Assembly: GCA_001600815.1 (NCBI GenBank)
Contig: BCKZ01000003.1
Coordinates: forward strand, 500,581-564,580
DNA: 64,000 nucleotides
DNA from: Alloascoidea hylecoeti
Taxonomy: Eukaryota
Direction of reading: 5' to 3'
The notes below the pieces were generated by a model. It saw only the letters and a list, made by a program, of their open reading frames with translations, was not told the origin of the DNA and made no database searches. Position 1 is the stretch's first letter. Every line of letters begins with the position of its first letter. Below, in pieces: positions 1 to 11,784 of this stretch. The position numbers and the translations under genes were made by a program.

Positions 1-369
1 ATTATATCTAACTCAAAATCTGCTTTCAACTTTCTTATACTACAAATATGTATCCCCTCATCTTAATCTTTCCTCATTCTGACTTTTTTTATGGAAGGAC
101 TTGGGAGAAATCCGCCTTTTAACATAATATTTTCTACGTGTTTATATAACTTATACTGTAGAGGCCTAAAAACGCCCAGGAAGAATCGTGTATCTCATCA
201 CAATCCCAAACCGAATGCTGCTATCTCAGAATGAACAACATTAATAATCAGATTCAAAATAATCATCCATAAAAGAGTAATTAGATTTAAGAGATACACA
301 CATCATTAACGATAGAAAACACAAGTTATTTTATTAAAAATCTCTAAACTAATTCTCCAAAATTCAAAC

Positions 370-3300
370 TCAATGGCGTGTAATACTTCGGTTACGGCTA
401 AGGGATCGTGATAAATTTAATCCTCTTGGGCTTCGGCTTCTACTCCTTCCAGGTGCACCGGGCGACAGTGTCAATGGCCTCAATTCAGGCTCCTCGGGAT
501 CCAAGCCACCTGGGCTCGTGGGCTTTTGAGTAGGTGTTTGCAGTGGTGATCCTGAGATTATCTTAATTGGTGGGGATTCCGATTCATCCCTATTCGGACT
601 GTGAACTCCTTCCCAAGTTCGATGTTTGGCCTTCTCAGTTTGTTCCTTATCGGCTTGTTCCCGTTTCTGTCTCAATTCCTCAAGTTTTTGCTGTCTAGCG
701 TGAAATTGTTCACTTGCTGTCTCTAACAATGGTCGGAATAACGAATCTCCAAATGTCAATAGGTCTGTTAACAGTGGAATTAAAACTCGTTCTTTAATGT
801 TCAGCCCATTAACCACTGAATCTCCATTAATAATTCGTGGTCTCATGATGAAATGTCCGAATTGTGTTTGTTTTGAGAAAACCTCAATTAAATTGATACT
901 AAAAATATCATCGTCATCGTCATTTTTGGAATCATCTTCCTTTTTTTCTCCTTCTTCTGCCTTCGCCTTTGATTTCCCCTTTGTATCTCTTAATCCAAAT
1001 ACCTTATTTAAATGAGCAATTATGGTATTTAGTGTGGCAAGATTACTCCATGGTAACTGAGCCAAAGTTTTGGCCAACACTTGTCGTTTTTCAACTTCAT
1101 CTATGACCTTGACATCATCCGACTCATAAATAGATTTAATTTTATCATATAATGTAAAAGGAATCAATGAATCAGGTAATTCTAACAGATACAACTCTAA
1201 AATACCCACAATTAAATGAAGTTTAACTTCTTTAAATACCTTACTTGGTTCAAATATTCCATCGTTCTCTTTTATCGAATTAACAGTTTTATTTTCTAAA
1301 TTATGAACCTTTTGTAATGATTTTTCAGAAATATAAGTTTTCCAAATTTCAGCAAAACTAATTTCACTTTTAGACTCTAACTCTTCAAGATATTCTAATA
1401 AGGTAATTAAAAATTCAGGTATTGGTGGATCTCTTCCTTTAGTTAAACTACCAAGCTCAACACCGAAAATTTCTAGATTTTGCTTTGATGAATTATAGTA
1501 ATTAATATACGTTGCTTTCCGTGGTGAATAAAATCCTAATCCATAAGTCTTAATTAATGACTCAAAACCAAGTTTATTATTGACTAATGGTATAGGTTCA
1601 CCCATAATTTCATAGGCATTATGAAGAAGAGGTGTTTGATTTTTAATGATAAGCATGATTTGTTGCATAACTGTTTTAATTGCTTCTAATCTGCTAATCT
1701 CACATTTCTCCATATATTGAAAATGTGACAAAATTGATTCCTCTAAATCTTGACGCCTAAAATTTAATTGGGAGATTTGGGTCTGATAAAATGTATCAGA
1801 ATCGTGCATTTCTCGAATTAATTTATCAGAATAGCTTTCACCTGGTAGAGTACCACGTAATGAATTTGAAATTTTATCAAATACACTAATATTTGTGCCA
1901 TTTACGGTTGTAGTAGGAACGCGAGTACTAATTGAATGAGAGCTTGGAGATGTAGGTTCATTAGAAGATGTAGTTGTTCTTCTCTTAACAAAGCTTTCCA
2001 ATAATGTCGATGCTCGAGACATACCAACAACATCACTACCAGCATCGCTTCCATCGGTTTTCTTTTCTTGTCCATCCTCTAACTTTCCAACTTTAAACGC
2101 TGATGATTGCCACTGATAACGTGAATCAGCAGTATCTGTAAATTTATTACCAACAGCTCCAACCAAGCGTAAATATCCTAAATTAATCAAATCTTGTCCA
2201 AATTTCTCCGTTTTAGCTAAAGAACTAAGTGATCCAACATTTTTTCTTAACCAGTTAGAAATATCAGCACCAGTAGAAACATTTGGATAAGTACCAATTA
2301 ACGGTAACTTATAATCATTTCTTGGAATATTCAAAAGTAATCTTTGAAAAAGAATATGTAATTGCGGTGGGTAATATAATAATTTACCAATTTCAGTTGG
2401 CTCATCTGGATTTGTAGATCTAGCTGGATACGCTGTTTCAATAGGAGTACCTGGAAGCTCTTTTTCTTCCTCCTTTTTGTCTCCATCTTTTGATTCATCT
2501 TTTAATGCATCTTTTAATTCATCTTTTGATTCATCTTTTTCTTCATCTTTTTCTTCTATAATGGACTTAGGGGGTTCACTTCCACCAATCGTTGCAGATC
2601 TTCCTTTTTTAGCTAAAGTTGTAAAACGTCTTGACAATGAAGTAAAAGAATTAACAATTGGATTGACAACTTCATCACTAACAAGATTATCAGTGTCTAA
2701 AAAATCATCAATTTGCTTCTTGTTAATATCTTTTTCTGGTCTATTATTATCCTCCAAAGCTCTACATTTAGCAAAATACTGAAGTTGTGCCTTTTTAGAG
2801 ACATCATTTTGTTTCTCATAAAATTTTACTTTTTCCATTAATCTATCATAAGAATATTGAACACGCTCATAATGTTTTAAAGACCACTCTGAAAAGGGAT
2901 TTTTAACATGTTGCTTTAAATTAGTTGCAATTGATTGATGTGATTGTCCTTCAATGGACATTCCTTCTAACAAGGACTCATATTGAGTTAAAAGAGAAGC
3001 ATTTATCCTTTTAGACGTATATGAAACTTCATCAGTCGCCTGTTTTGGGGCCGTCGTTATTGTTTCTGTGTTTGTATCATGATCAGCAGCTGATGGGTCA
3101 AATTTGACAGTATCCATCTTTTCCTTCGGTTTCTCAGATTCATCCTCAACAACTTCCCATACGTCGTTTGCCTTGATAGCACCAAACCCTTCCTTATCGG
3201 GGGCGTTAGTAGACGGTAAAACAGCTAGTTTGCTTGCATATATTTCTTCTAATTCAATTCTAGCTTCAACTAGATCTAAAACCTCTTGATCTTCATTACA

Positions 3301-3444
3301 GCCTTCAAATAACTTGTTAAATAATGTCTCTATGCCAGTCTTATAATCGGGAGTCCAGAATAGATCAGCGAAATGTGCTTGTGGCTCATCTTTAACGGGT
3401 GGTGGTGACTGATTTTGATCAGCAATTTTAGGAACCTCGGTCAT
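370..3444 (-). CDS. RGD2: F-BAR/DEP/RhoGAP protein (Rgd2/Rgd3/Rga8 family)
   Basis: 1024-aa ORF; N-terminal FCH motif FADLFWTPDYKTGIETLFNKLFEG, DEP-like segment GADISNWLRKN...AKTEKFGQDLINLGYLRLVG, RhoGAP entry IFGVEL and LELYLLELPDSLIP. RGD2 versus RGD3 orthology not resolvable by eye. Confidence 0.85.
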   Translation of the reverse strand: MTEVPKIADQNQSPPPVKDEPQAHFADLFWTPDYKTGIETLFNKLFEGCNEDQEVLDLVEARIELEEIYASKLAVLPSTNAPDKEGFGAIKANDVWEVVEDESEKPKEKMDTVKFDPSAADHDTNTETITTAPKQATDEVSYTSKRINASLLTQYESLLEGMSIEGQSHQSIATNLKQHVKNPFSEWSLKHYERVQYSYDRLMEKVKFYEKQNDVSKKAQLQYFAKCRALEDNNRPEKDINKKQIDDFLDTDNLVSDEVVNPIVNSFTSLSRRFTTLAKKGRSATIGGSEPPKSIIEEKDEEKDESKDELKDALKDESKDGDKKEEEKELPGTPIETAYPARSTNPDEPTEIGKLLYYPPQLHILFQRLLLNIPRNDYKLPLIGTYPNVSTGADISNWLRKNVGSLSSLAKTEKFGQDLINLGYLRLVGAVGNKFTDTADSRYQWQSSAFKVGKLEDGQEKKTDGSDAGSDVVGMSRASTLLESFVKRRTTTSSNEPTSPSSHSISTRVPTTTVNGTNISVFDKISNSLRGTLPGESYSDKLIREMHDSDTFYQTQISQLNFRRQDLEESILSHFQYMEKCEISRLEAIKTVMQQIMLIIKNQTPLLHNAYEIMGEPIPLVNNKLGFESLIKTYGLGFYSPRKATYINYYNSSKQNLEIFGVELGSLTKGRDPPIPEFLITLLEYLEELESKSEISFAEIWKTYISEKSLQKVHNLENKTVNSIKENDGIFEPSKVFKEVKLHLIVGILELYLLELPDSLIPFTLYDKIKSIYESDDVKVIDEVEKRQVLAKTLAQLPWSNLATLNTIIAHLNKVFGLRDTKGKSKAKAEEGEKKEDDSKNDDDDDIFSINLIEVFSKQTQFGHFIMRPRIINGDSVVNGLNIKERVLIPLLTDLLTFGDSLFRPLLETASEQFHARQQKLEELRQKREQADKEQTEKAKHRTWEGVHSPNRDESESPPIKIISGSPLQTPTQKPTSPGGLDPEEPELRPLTLSPGAPGRSRSRSPRGLNLSRSLSRNRSITRH

Positions 3445-3769
3445 AATTCACAAGGACAGGTTACTTGACTGGATGATATAAATAGTAAAATTACGTGGTG
3501 GAGAAGAAGTTAATGTGAAAACTGAAGTATGTTAGGTGTGGGATCAAAAAAAAAAAAGTATGAACGTGTCTAAAGTAAGTATTCAGGGGAAAAGTTTCTA
3601 CCTAACAACTAACTTAAATATAATGTGGTTAAATTGAAAACATTGATCTATTTTTAATTAAGAACATCTGCATTGTTTCATATTCCAATATATAAATAAA
3701 CCATCACAAAATTAATACAGCCTATATCTCAACATCCACTGCCGTTACGCTCCACAGCTGATCATTCAA

Positions 3770-6640
3770 ACATGTTATGTTTCATGACCCTTAGTAGAAT
3801 TGTAAGGCTCAAGGCATGTCGTATATCGTATAACTGCACTTAGGCTTGGCCAATTGAAGGAATTGAATGGCGAAATAAACTGCCCTTCAACCATAACGTT
3901 AATCACTCCGTTCATTTCAGCTGGGCCAACATACTCAATGATCCGATCATCCATCAATATCGTGTACATGTAGATATCTTTATCTCAGGATTTATCTCCG
4001 TCGCTCTTTACCATAGCATATCTACTTCAGATCCAAAGCTCTGCTTTTATCTTCTGGATATTTGTCTTTCTATAAGCCTCCCAAACACTTGAAGCATGTA
4101 GCACTATAATTTGAAAAAGCCAGCGTTTCAAAAAGCTCATTCACATAGCTTTCGGATTTTACCATCTCTTCAGCAAACCAAATAGAAACTTGCCAACCAC
4201 TAACGTAATATTACTACCATCATTAATATTTTGGTCTAGTTCTCGAACTTCTTAATAAACTGGTCAACAGCACTTTTAAAATTCATCATAACACAACGTT
4301 TTTTCTCATTCCAAAGTAAGGTTTCCCAAATGCAAGGGTCGAAGATCAGTCAACTTTTTCAGGTTGCATATTTGATGATCATCCCATAACTGAGATGCTT
4401 TATAAATATATAGAACGGTTGGTGAAATGAACTTTGAATATCTCACATCAAAATATCAACTTTTGAAAGGTATTTCCGAATATCAGCATTTATTGTCCAA
4501 TTATAATTCCAGGAAGTAGAGTGTCTATTGAGCTTGTCAGCATGCTTATTGGAAATATCAACAATATGCTCCATATTAGGATTGCAATTATTTTCTTTTC
4601 AGTAAGAAGTAAAAAGCAGTATAATTTGTATTTTCATTAAACAAGTAATGTATTCAACATGTTCAATACTTGATGGCACGTTAATCTCAGACGAAAGATA
4701 GCTATAGTTGATATTCTTACTTTAACGTGCCTTGATTTATATCGTTGAATATCCGTTCAATTATAATATTTGAAAATTTTAATAATATAACCCAGGCTTT
4801 TTCCAAAATTCTGTTTTCAGTCAAGGTCAAGTCCTTTTGCATTATATATTAAACCATAATAAAGTAAAGCCAATTTCACATCCTGAAGAGATTTTAGCAA
4901 TGATAATATGTTATTAATGAATTTATCATCAATATCTTTATACGCTTTAGGTTGAGTGTCATCTTCTTGTAACGGGTCATATAAATCCTCCGAGGTATCT
5001 AATAGACCATACGGATCGAGAAGAGGTGAACCAACACCCCAAACAGAGCAGATCGCATTAACTGCTTTTTAGAAGCTTCATGATCATGTTCAAAAATATA
5101 AAGGAATGGAATAATATCTTCCGAAATTGAAAGGGTCAAACGTGGCAATACAATCATCTGAGATATCAGTTGAATGAGAAAGTTTAACTCCTTCAGTATA
5201 ATTTCATTTTTTTTCCAATTTAGTATTAATATTTGTTGGAAATCATTTTCCTTCGAACACTTTTTTAATCCAGGCTTAGGATTGCAAGTGACATTTAATT
5301 TAAGTAAACATTCATCCCATCTATCGTTCTCTCTACCTTCCTTTTCACCAATATGTGGTAATTCTTTATCCCAAAAAAATTGTTTAAATGAAATTTTGAC
5401 TTTTTCTAAAAAGCTTAGTTTAGTATCTCCCTTTCCAAAAAAAGTTTAGCTCAAGTAAGGCCTGAAATAACGCGGTGAACATTTCTTAATAAACTGGGAC
5501 ATAATACTTCCATAAATCAACGATATTTCGAAATTTTCAATTATTATTTCTCATTATAATAGATCGTAAAGATAGAAAAATGTCATCTAATCGTTTTAAA
5601 TTTTAATACCTGTTTTAATCCAATAGAGGTTGATGTTTTTAAATATAATTGAAATCTTAAAAATGGAATTAAAAATTCAGGAACCGAATTCGAAGAAAAT
5701 TTATCAATTAATTCTCTTCATTTTCTTTCTGTTTCGATTTCTGATTTCCATTTTTCTTTATTGAATTTCATATTTCAAAGTTAAAGTAATGTCTAGGATT
5801 TGATTTTAATGGTTTTGATAATATTGAAAATATCAGTTCATTATGCTAGGTTTGATATTTCCTTCTTATGATGATGTGAGTGATGTTTAATTATGTTTTC
5901 CCATGCTTTAATGTTTTTTGGATTTGAATCTATTTCTTTTTGTTGGGTAATTAGTTCTTCATTGTTATATTTTTCTACAGTAGATATCATCAGCTTAGGC
6001 GTCAAGTTTGGAATCATTTTGTGAAAAGATGGATCTAAAATCTGGAATATTCAAATCAATATTATTATTGCTCGAATGGCATCAATTGGAATATAATCAT
6101 CCTGCTGTATCACAGCTTCTCATCGATCTCGTTTAAATTTATAACTGTGTGATAACTGTGTGATGACTATGTTCTGTAATCATTTTGTGAAGTACTTTTC
6201 CGATTTCGAGTGATTTCTTCAATAACGATTCCAGACTTCGGATTATAATAGCTACGTTAAATTCGTAGATTTGATAGAAGACCTAATATTTTTCCATTTC
6301 CTATTCGCCTACATTTTCCTATTAAAACTATCTTTTTTGTACTTACTAGACATCTTATCTTTTATTAAAAAGTGATTGTCTAGATCTATTAACTAGCCTA
6401 TGATGAAATCTCTCTCTTCTCTTATAGCTAGCTACCTGAAGACTTATGGCTTATACAATGCTCTTTACCAGAGCTTGTCATGATACTTGCTTTCACGATG
6501 ACTCCTACCATAAGATTAATCTTTATCCGATAAACTTGATTCATCTTTATCCCCAGATTTGAAATTGAAAGACTTGAACTGTGAAAATGATGAGCCCATC
6601 GCATTTTCTTAATGCTGTGAGAAAATGCCAAAGTGATGAA
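3770..6640 (-). pseudogene. Heavily decayed ~2.9-kb coding relic of unknown family
   Basis: Minus-strand translation gives successive protein-like blocks in shifting frames with many stops (e.g. LDPSFHKMIPNLTPKLMISTVEKY, FFWDKELPHIGEKEGRENDRWDECLLKLNV, AICSVWGVGSPLLDPYGLLD, and ORF 3775-3969). No diagnostic motif recognised; boundaries approximate. Confidence 0.45.
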
Positions 6641-6679
6641 ACATGTTTTGTTGTAATTAAGCTTTCAATCTCCAATTTG

Positions 6680-6751
6680 AAATAAACAACAATATCAAAA
6701 TAAACAACAATATCAAAATAAACAACAATATCAAAATAAACAACAATATCA
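6680..6751. repeat. Perfect 18-bp tandem repeat x4 (AAATAAACAACAATATCA)
   Basis: Four exact consecutive copies read directly. Confidence 0.95.
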
Positions 6752-6879
6752 AAATCAAAATCAAATTAAAAAGCTTGCAAAAACAATTCAACATGTCCTG
6801 TATAGGATCTTCAAAAATTTAGACTAGTTTTTCCTGATAGTCCCATCTTGATATCTACCGATTTTAACATTCTTTATGT

Positions 6880-7450
6880 TACTGTTACTATTTACCATAT
6901 CCTATTAACGATCACTTTGCCTGCTGCACAGGAATGGTCTAATTTAATGTATTTTAGAAATATCTCCTGGTGAATTATAGGTGAAGTTCGGTAGAACTTT
7001 ACTTAATAATAATAGCTACTTTTGATAATAACTACTTCCACTAAACTTCCTATAAGTATAATAGTTCTTTCGTTAGAACTTACTACACATTAAGTAGTTA
7101 TATAATTAATCAACTAGTTAGAAACAATATAAAAGGAGAACAAAATCTACTTTATAGGTTTTGTTCTTTAGTGAATTACTTTTATATCTTTTTTAAAAAG
7201 ACTAACTCTAACATTACACCTGGTCACATAATGATCTACAAATATCTATGGTTATAACTTATTATGGGAAACTAAAACTATCTTTAATCTGAATTTGAAC
7301 TAATTTATAAGTATAAAATTCTAGCAAAAGAACTCGTCTATTATGTTTAAGTATTAAGAATTTTCTATAAAATTTGTCAATGTATATTAACATTATATGT
7401 TTATAACACGGAATCTAGTTGAATTTTGAAACTCTTGGACTACGTATCTT
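6880..7450 (-). mobile_element. Decayed Ty1/copia integrase-region fragment (copy 1)
   Basis: Shares the core TTTAATCTGAATTTGAAC...AAGTATAAAA with the copies at 22.5 and 29.3 kb; minus strand encodes IFVDHY, resembling the copia integrase F[IV]DD[YF]SR motif. Lower boundary uncertain. Confidence 0.6.
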
Positions 7451-8853
7451 TGGCTCGCACCTAGGGTGACACCTACATTGTGATCACTATAGGTATAAAT
7501 GAATAATATATCAATAGTTTTGTTATTATCAACCTAGCAATTAGGTGGGGTATCTTTTCAGCTGCAAATGATGAATCCTATCAAAATTATATCATACAGC
7601 TGCAGATAAGATAAAAATCTGATATTTATAGGGTCAAACTTTCAAGCTATTATGTGTAAATATATTACTTGTAGGGTTACATTGCAGGAGTTATCAATAA
7701 TGAGCTTGATACAGAACAGATACGTATGCAACCGTGAGTGATTAGAGGAAAAAAGAGCTCGAGTGAGAATGATAAATCTCCGGGCCGAGTTAGTATTATT
7801 ATAGCTGAGAATGAACAAAAAAGGTTCGGAACTGTTTTAAGATCAAAGTATGACAGGCAAAGTTGCTGCCCAAAAGATATGTTCTCTTACATTGAGGGAA
7901 ACTTACATACAAGTACGAAGCATCATAAGGTGAATATTTTTCATTTTCCGATGCCTTACACTTTGAGGCTCATGGTTGGGTTGATTGCCTCAGATTTCTT
8001 CCACTAAAGCCGTGCTTGTGTTTATGATTAGTAATTCTACGAAACAGAGGGTAAGAAGTAGGTTCACCATTAATACAATAAGATCTAGATGGAATGAGCA
8101 ATTATACCCAATTCTGCAGTCTAATTAAATCACTCTATGATAATAGAAACATTTTCCAATTCTCTGAGGGCCTTGAGGGCGAGACATACATAAGAATGAA
8201 TATTATATAAGTCTGCATCACGTGCCAATGATATTCGAACAATAAATTATAATTGGAATTAATTCAGACAAGTTTCGATAACATGGGGATTATACATATT
8301 CATAAAAATAGATGTCTACATTTTCAAGGTTAATACAGCTGACTCATGTACAAACACACATGTTAGCATTTCCTAAATTGATTAATTAAACTCCAAATAT
8401 GATCAAAAAGTTCAAAAATGATGAACAATTGTACAATAATAATTTAATTTAATTGTTTTAGATTTATAAAAATTTATAAAATTTATAAAATATGTTTAAA
8501 TTAAACAAATAAGAATAATCATATATATGGTATATATAATAAAAATTTTTAAAGAAAAATAGTATAAATAATAAATAAGTAAAAAAGTTATAAAAAATTA
8601 TAAATATAAATATCAGATATAAAATTATTTTATACATTTAAGAACCTAAGCTTTAAAACAATATATGTTTTTTTATTTATTTATTTTTTAATAAAAACAA
8701 TATTAATGATTTGAAGAAATAAAGAAAGAAGGAAGGAAGGAAGGAAAAGGGCAGATAATAATAATTTCAATTTTTCTAACAAAAAAAGCAAAAAGTTCAT
8801 TTGAAAAGTTCATTAGTTAATTAGTTAAATTATCAAATAACAAATTTCAATTT

Positions 8854-11595
8854 TCATATTTTATTATCTTGATCATAAGGAATTTCATCTTCAATTTCAT
8901 TCTTATGATCATTTTTAATTTCAATTTCATTTTCATCATCTTCATTGATATTTTCAATTTCTTCATCAATATCAGCATCTTTTGCATAAATTGAAATCTT
9001 ACTACTAAAAATTCTATTTAAATTTCCAGATCTTCCAGTTAAATTTCTAATTGTAATTGCATTTTTTAAACCATCATCATCATATAAATATTGTAATTCT
9101 GAATTTTCATCATCAACATGATGAATTTTATACATTAAAATTAAATTATCTGTATTTAATTTCAAATAAATTTTTTTACAAATATCGTTTAATGAACAAT
9201 TTAAATTTTCTCTAAATGCAATTATTATATCTGAATAATGAACTTTTACTTTCATTAATGATTGTTTATTATTTTTTAATGATTTTGCTTGTGATTGTGA
9301 TTGTGATTGTGATTGTGATGATGATTGTGATGATGATTGATTATTTATTAAATTTATACTTGTTTTTGTATTTAATGTAGGAGTTGGATTTGATTTTGTT
9401 CTAATTTTTGTCTTTGGTGATGCATTAATTGATATATTTGAATGAGAATTTGATCTAAATTTAAATCCAGAATTCATTGATTTTGGTGATGATAAATCAT
9501 CAATATTATTCATTCCAATTCCAATTCCAATTCCATTTGATAAAATATTTGGATTGTTTATTGGAGAATAAGTATCACTTATTGGACTTTCATGTAATGA
9601 ATGATTATTTGTTAAATTTGTATGATTTGATTCAATTGAAGTACTTGAACTATTTGTTGATTTTATTGGAGATTTTATAAAAATATCAGTAACATTTGAT
9701 GAATTTTCAGATTTAAAACCAATTGATGATGATGATGTTGATCTTTGTTTATTAGTAGAACCACCTGGAGTTGTTGCTGTATATTCAATATCACCATCAT
9801 GTGGTTCAAACCATAATTTAACAACATCTGATTGACTTATATGTGATGGAGCTTGAATTAATTTTTTAATATAAATATCTAAATCAATTCTTCTTTGTGT
9901 TGCAATATTTTCATTAAAACTTGTACATGGAGGAGGTATATTTGGTATAATTCTTTCATCATTATCATTATCATTATCATTTATATTGTTGTTGTTATTA
10001 TTTGATTTTATTCTTTTAATTGATTCATTTGGAAATTTTTCATATAAAGAAATTTGTAAATTATAAAAATCTTGATAATATCTCCATAATTCTCTAATAA
10101 TATTATTTGACATTAAAATTTTTAAAAAATACCAATATCTTCCTCTACTAAATGAGCAAGATTCAACAGTTGCTGATAAAATTCTTGGTTCAGACCAAAC
10201 TTGTGATAATCTTAAATTTTTATAAATAATTTCAGTTAAACTATCAACACTTAATCTTGTTTTCCTTCTTTGTTCATATTCATCTTCATTTTCTTCAGAT
10301 GATGATGATGAATCTTTTAATGGTTCTTCTCTACCTGTTGATGAAAAATTATAATCTTCTTGTGTGTTGATATTAAGATTAAGATTAAGATCTTTTAAAG
10401 ATAGATTAGGTTGAGGTTCAACCTCAATATTTTCATCATCAACATTATTTGTTTCACCATCATTTAATGATTTTTGATTTTGATTTTGATTTTGATTTTG
10501 ATTTTGATTTTGATTTTGATTTTGATTTTGATTTTGATGGTTTTGAGACTGATTTTGATTTTGTGGTTGATCAAAAACATCTAAAGATTGTTCCATTTCA
10601 ATTTCTTTTTTCCAACTATCCAAATCCGGTATATTACTTTTTTTAATAAATTTAATTTCATTTTCTTTTGAAACCAATAATTTATTAGTTAAATCAAATA
10701 ATTGTATATAACTAACAGGTATAAAACCTGGACCACCTAATCTTCCAACAGGTTTTGCTAAAAACCATTCATAATTAACATGAGCACAAATAGTTATATG
10801 TTCACCAGGTTTTGCAGATAATTCACCGGGTTGTTCGGAAATAAATTGATATTTAACAATACCTATAACAACTACTTTATTTTTAGATGAAGAAATTGAG
10901 GTTTGAGTTGATGATAAAGATTGTGTGTTATGATGTATTTGATTAAAAGTTGAAGAGTGATGAGAAATTGAATCACTAGAAGTAAGAGTTGATTGATCTG
11001 GAACAACAGTTGTTTGGGTAGTCGTAGTTTGAGTACTATAACGAGCATTAATATTATAATCATCCAATTGTACATTAATATTATTCATAATAATATTTTT
11101 ATTATTAATTTTATCATCTGAATCATAATTATTTGGTTGAGCTATTGAAGTTGAAACACTAGAATTTGAATCACTTTTTATCGACAGCGGGGTTATATTT
11201 AATTGTGTTGTTATTGAAGAAGAAGAATTTGAAGTTGATAAAGCATTATTCATTCGATTATTTTTGGATAGAACTTCAAAGCAGTTAACAGGAACTTGGC
11301 CGGTCAAGCCTAGCTCGGGATTCGCAACGATATACCAATCATTATCATCTTCCTGGTCGATGACATGGAAGAAGTCGCCTTTCTTGAACGATAATTGGTT
11401 TGGGAGGGAGGTCGAACGATCGGTTACAGCGCGGATGATTAATTTTGGGACTTGCAGGGCGATCTGGCTTTGTTGGTGGGCGTAGATTGGATTTGAGGAG
11501 GAGGTGGTCGGGGTTCGGGGAGCAGAAGCGACAGACACAGCACCGGGAGAATTATGAAGCGGAGATTGCTTCTTCGACATCCGAAAATGGACCAT
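8854..11595 (-). CDS. BEM1: Bem1-like polarity scaffold, paralog A (SH3a-SH3b-PX-PB1)
   Basis: SH3a LSFKKGDFFHV...WY..ANP..G.VP; SH3b ICAHVNYEWFLAKPVGRLGGPGFIPVSY; PX ELWRYYQDFYNLQISL; PB1 MKVKVHY; long N/Q/S low-complexity inserts. Confidence 0.9.
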   Translation of the reverse strand: MVHFRMSKKQSPLHNSPGAVSVASAPRTPTTSSSNPIYAHQQSQIALQVPKLIIRAVTDRSTSLPNQLSFKKGDFFHVIDQEDDNDWYIVANPELGLTGQVPVNCFEVLSKNNRMNNALSTSNSSSSITTQLNITPLSIKSDSNSSVSTSIAQPNNYDSDDKINNKNIIMNNINVQLDDYNINARYSTQTTTTQTTVVPDQSTLTSSDSISHHSSTFNQIHHNTQSLSSTQTSISSSKNKVVVIGIVKYQFISEQPGELSAKPGEHITICAHVNYEWFLAKPVGRLGGPGFIPVSYIQLFDLTNKLLVSKENEIKFIKKSNIPDLDSWKKEIEMEQSLDVFDQPQNQNQSQNHQNQNQNQNQNQNQNQNQNQNQKSLNDGETNNVDDENIEVEPQPNLSLKDLNLNLNINTQEDYNFSSTGREEPLKDSSSSSEENEDEYEQRRKTRLSVDSLTEIIYKNLRLSQVWSEPRILSATVESCSFSRGRYWYFLKILMSNNIIRELWRYYQDFYNLQISLYEKFPNESIKRIKSNNNNNNINDNDNDNDERIIPNIPPPCTSFNENIATQRRIDLDIYIKKLIQAPSHISQSDVVKLWFEPHDGDIEYTATTPGGSTNKQRSTSSSSIGFKSENSSNVTDIFIKSPIKSTNSSSTSIESNHTNLTNNHSLHESPISDTYSPINNPNILSNGIGIGIGMNNIDDLSSPKSMNSGFKFRSNSHSNISINASPKTKIRTKSNPTPTLNTKTSINLINNQSSSQSSSQSQSQSQSQAKSLKNNKQSLMKVKVHYSDIIIAFRENLNCSLNDICKKIYLKLNTDNLILMYKIHHVDDENSELQYLYDDDGLKNAITIRNLTGRSGNLNRIFSSKISIYAKDADIDEEIENINEDDENEIEIKNDHKNEIEDEIPYDQDNKI
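10475..10538. repeat. (TGATTT)n coding microsatellite giving a QN dipeptide tract in BEM1-A
   Basis: About ten hexamer units; translates to QNQNQN on the minus strand. Confidence 0.9.
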
Positions 11596-11784
11596 TTGAC
11601 CACTCTGTATTTATCGGGAGACTTGGAAAGAAAGAAATCAAATTAAAAATGTTCAGACTGGAGAAAAAAGGGTTTAAAATTTAAGAAACTAACCTAAAAA
11701 AGAAAATTAAAAATAAAAAGAATGGGAAGGTCAGACACTATGCACGCGGCCCGAAGAGGACACTGCATGTGGATGATATATGTA

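Noticed and set aside
5130..5185. ISDDCIA as RdRp motif C of an integrated RNA virus
   Set aside because: No flanking motifs A or B recognisable; a lone SDD is not evidence.
6680..6751. CRISPR-like array
   Set aside because: Contiguous tandem units with no spacers, in a eukaryotic context.
10449..10646. ORF with an FDFDFD tract
   Set aside because: Antisense reading of the BEM1-A QN microsatellite.
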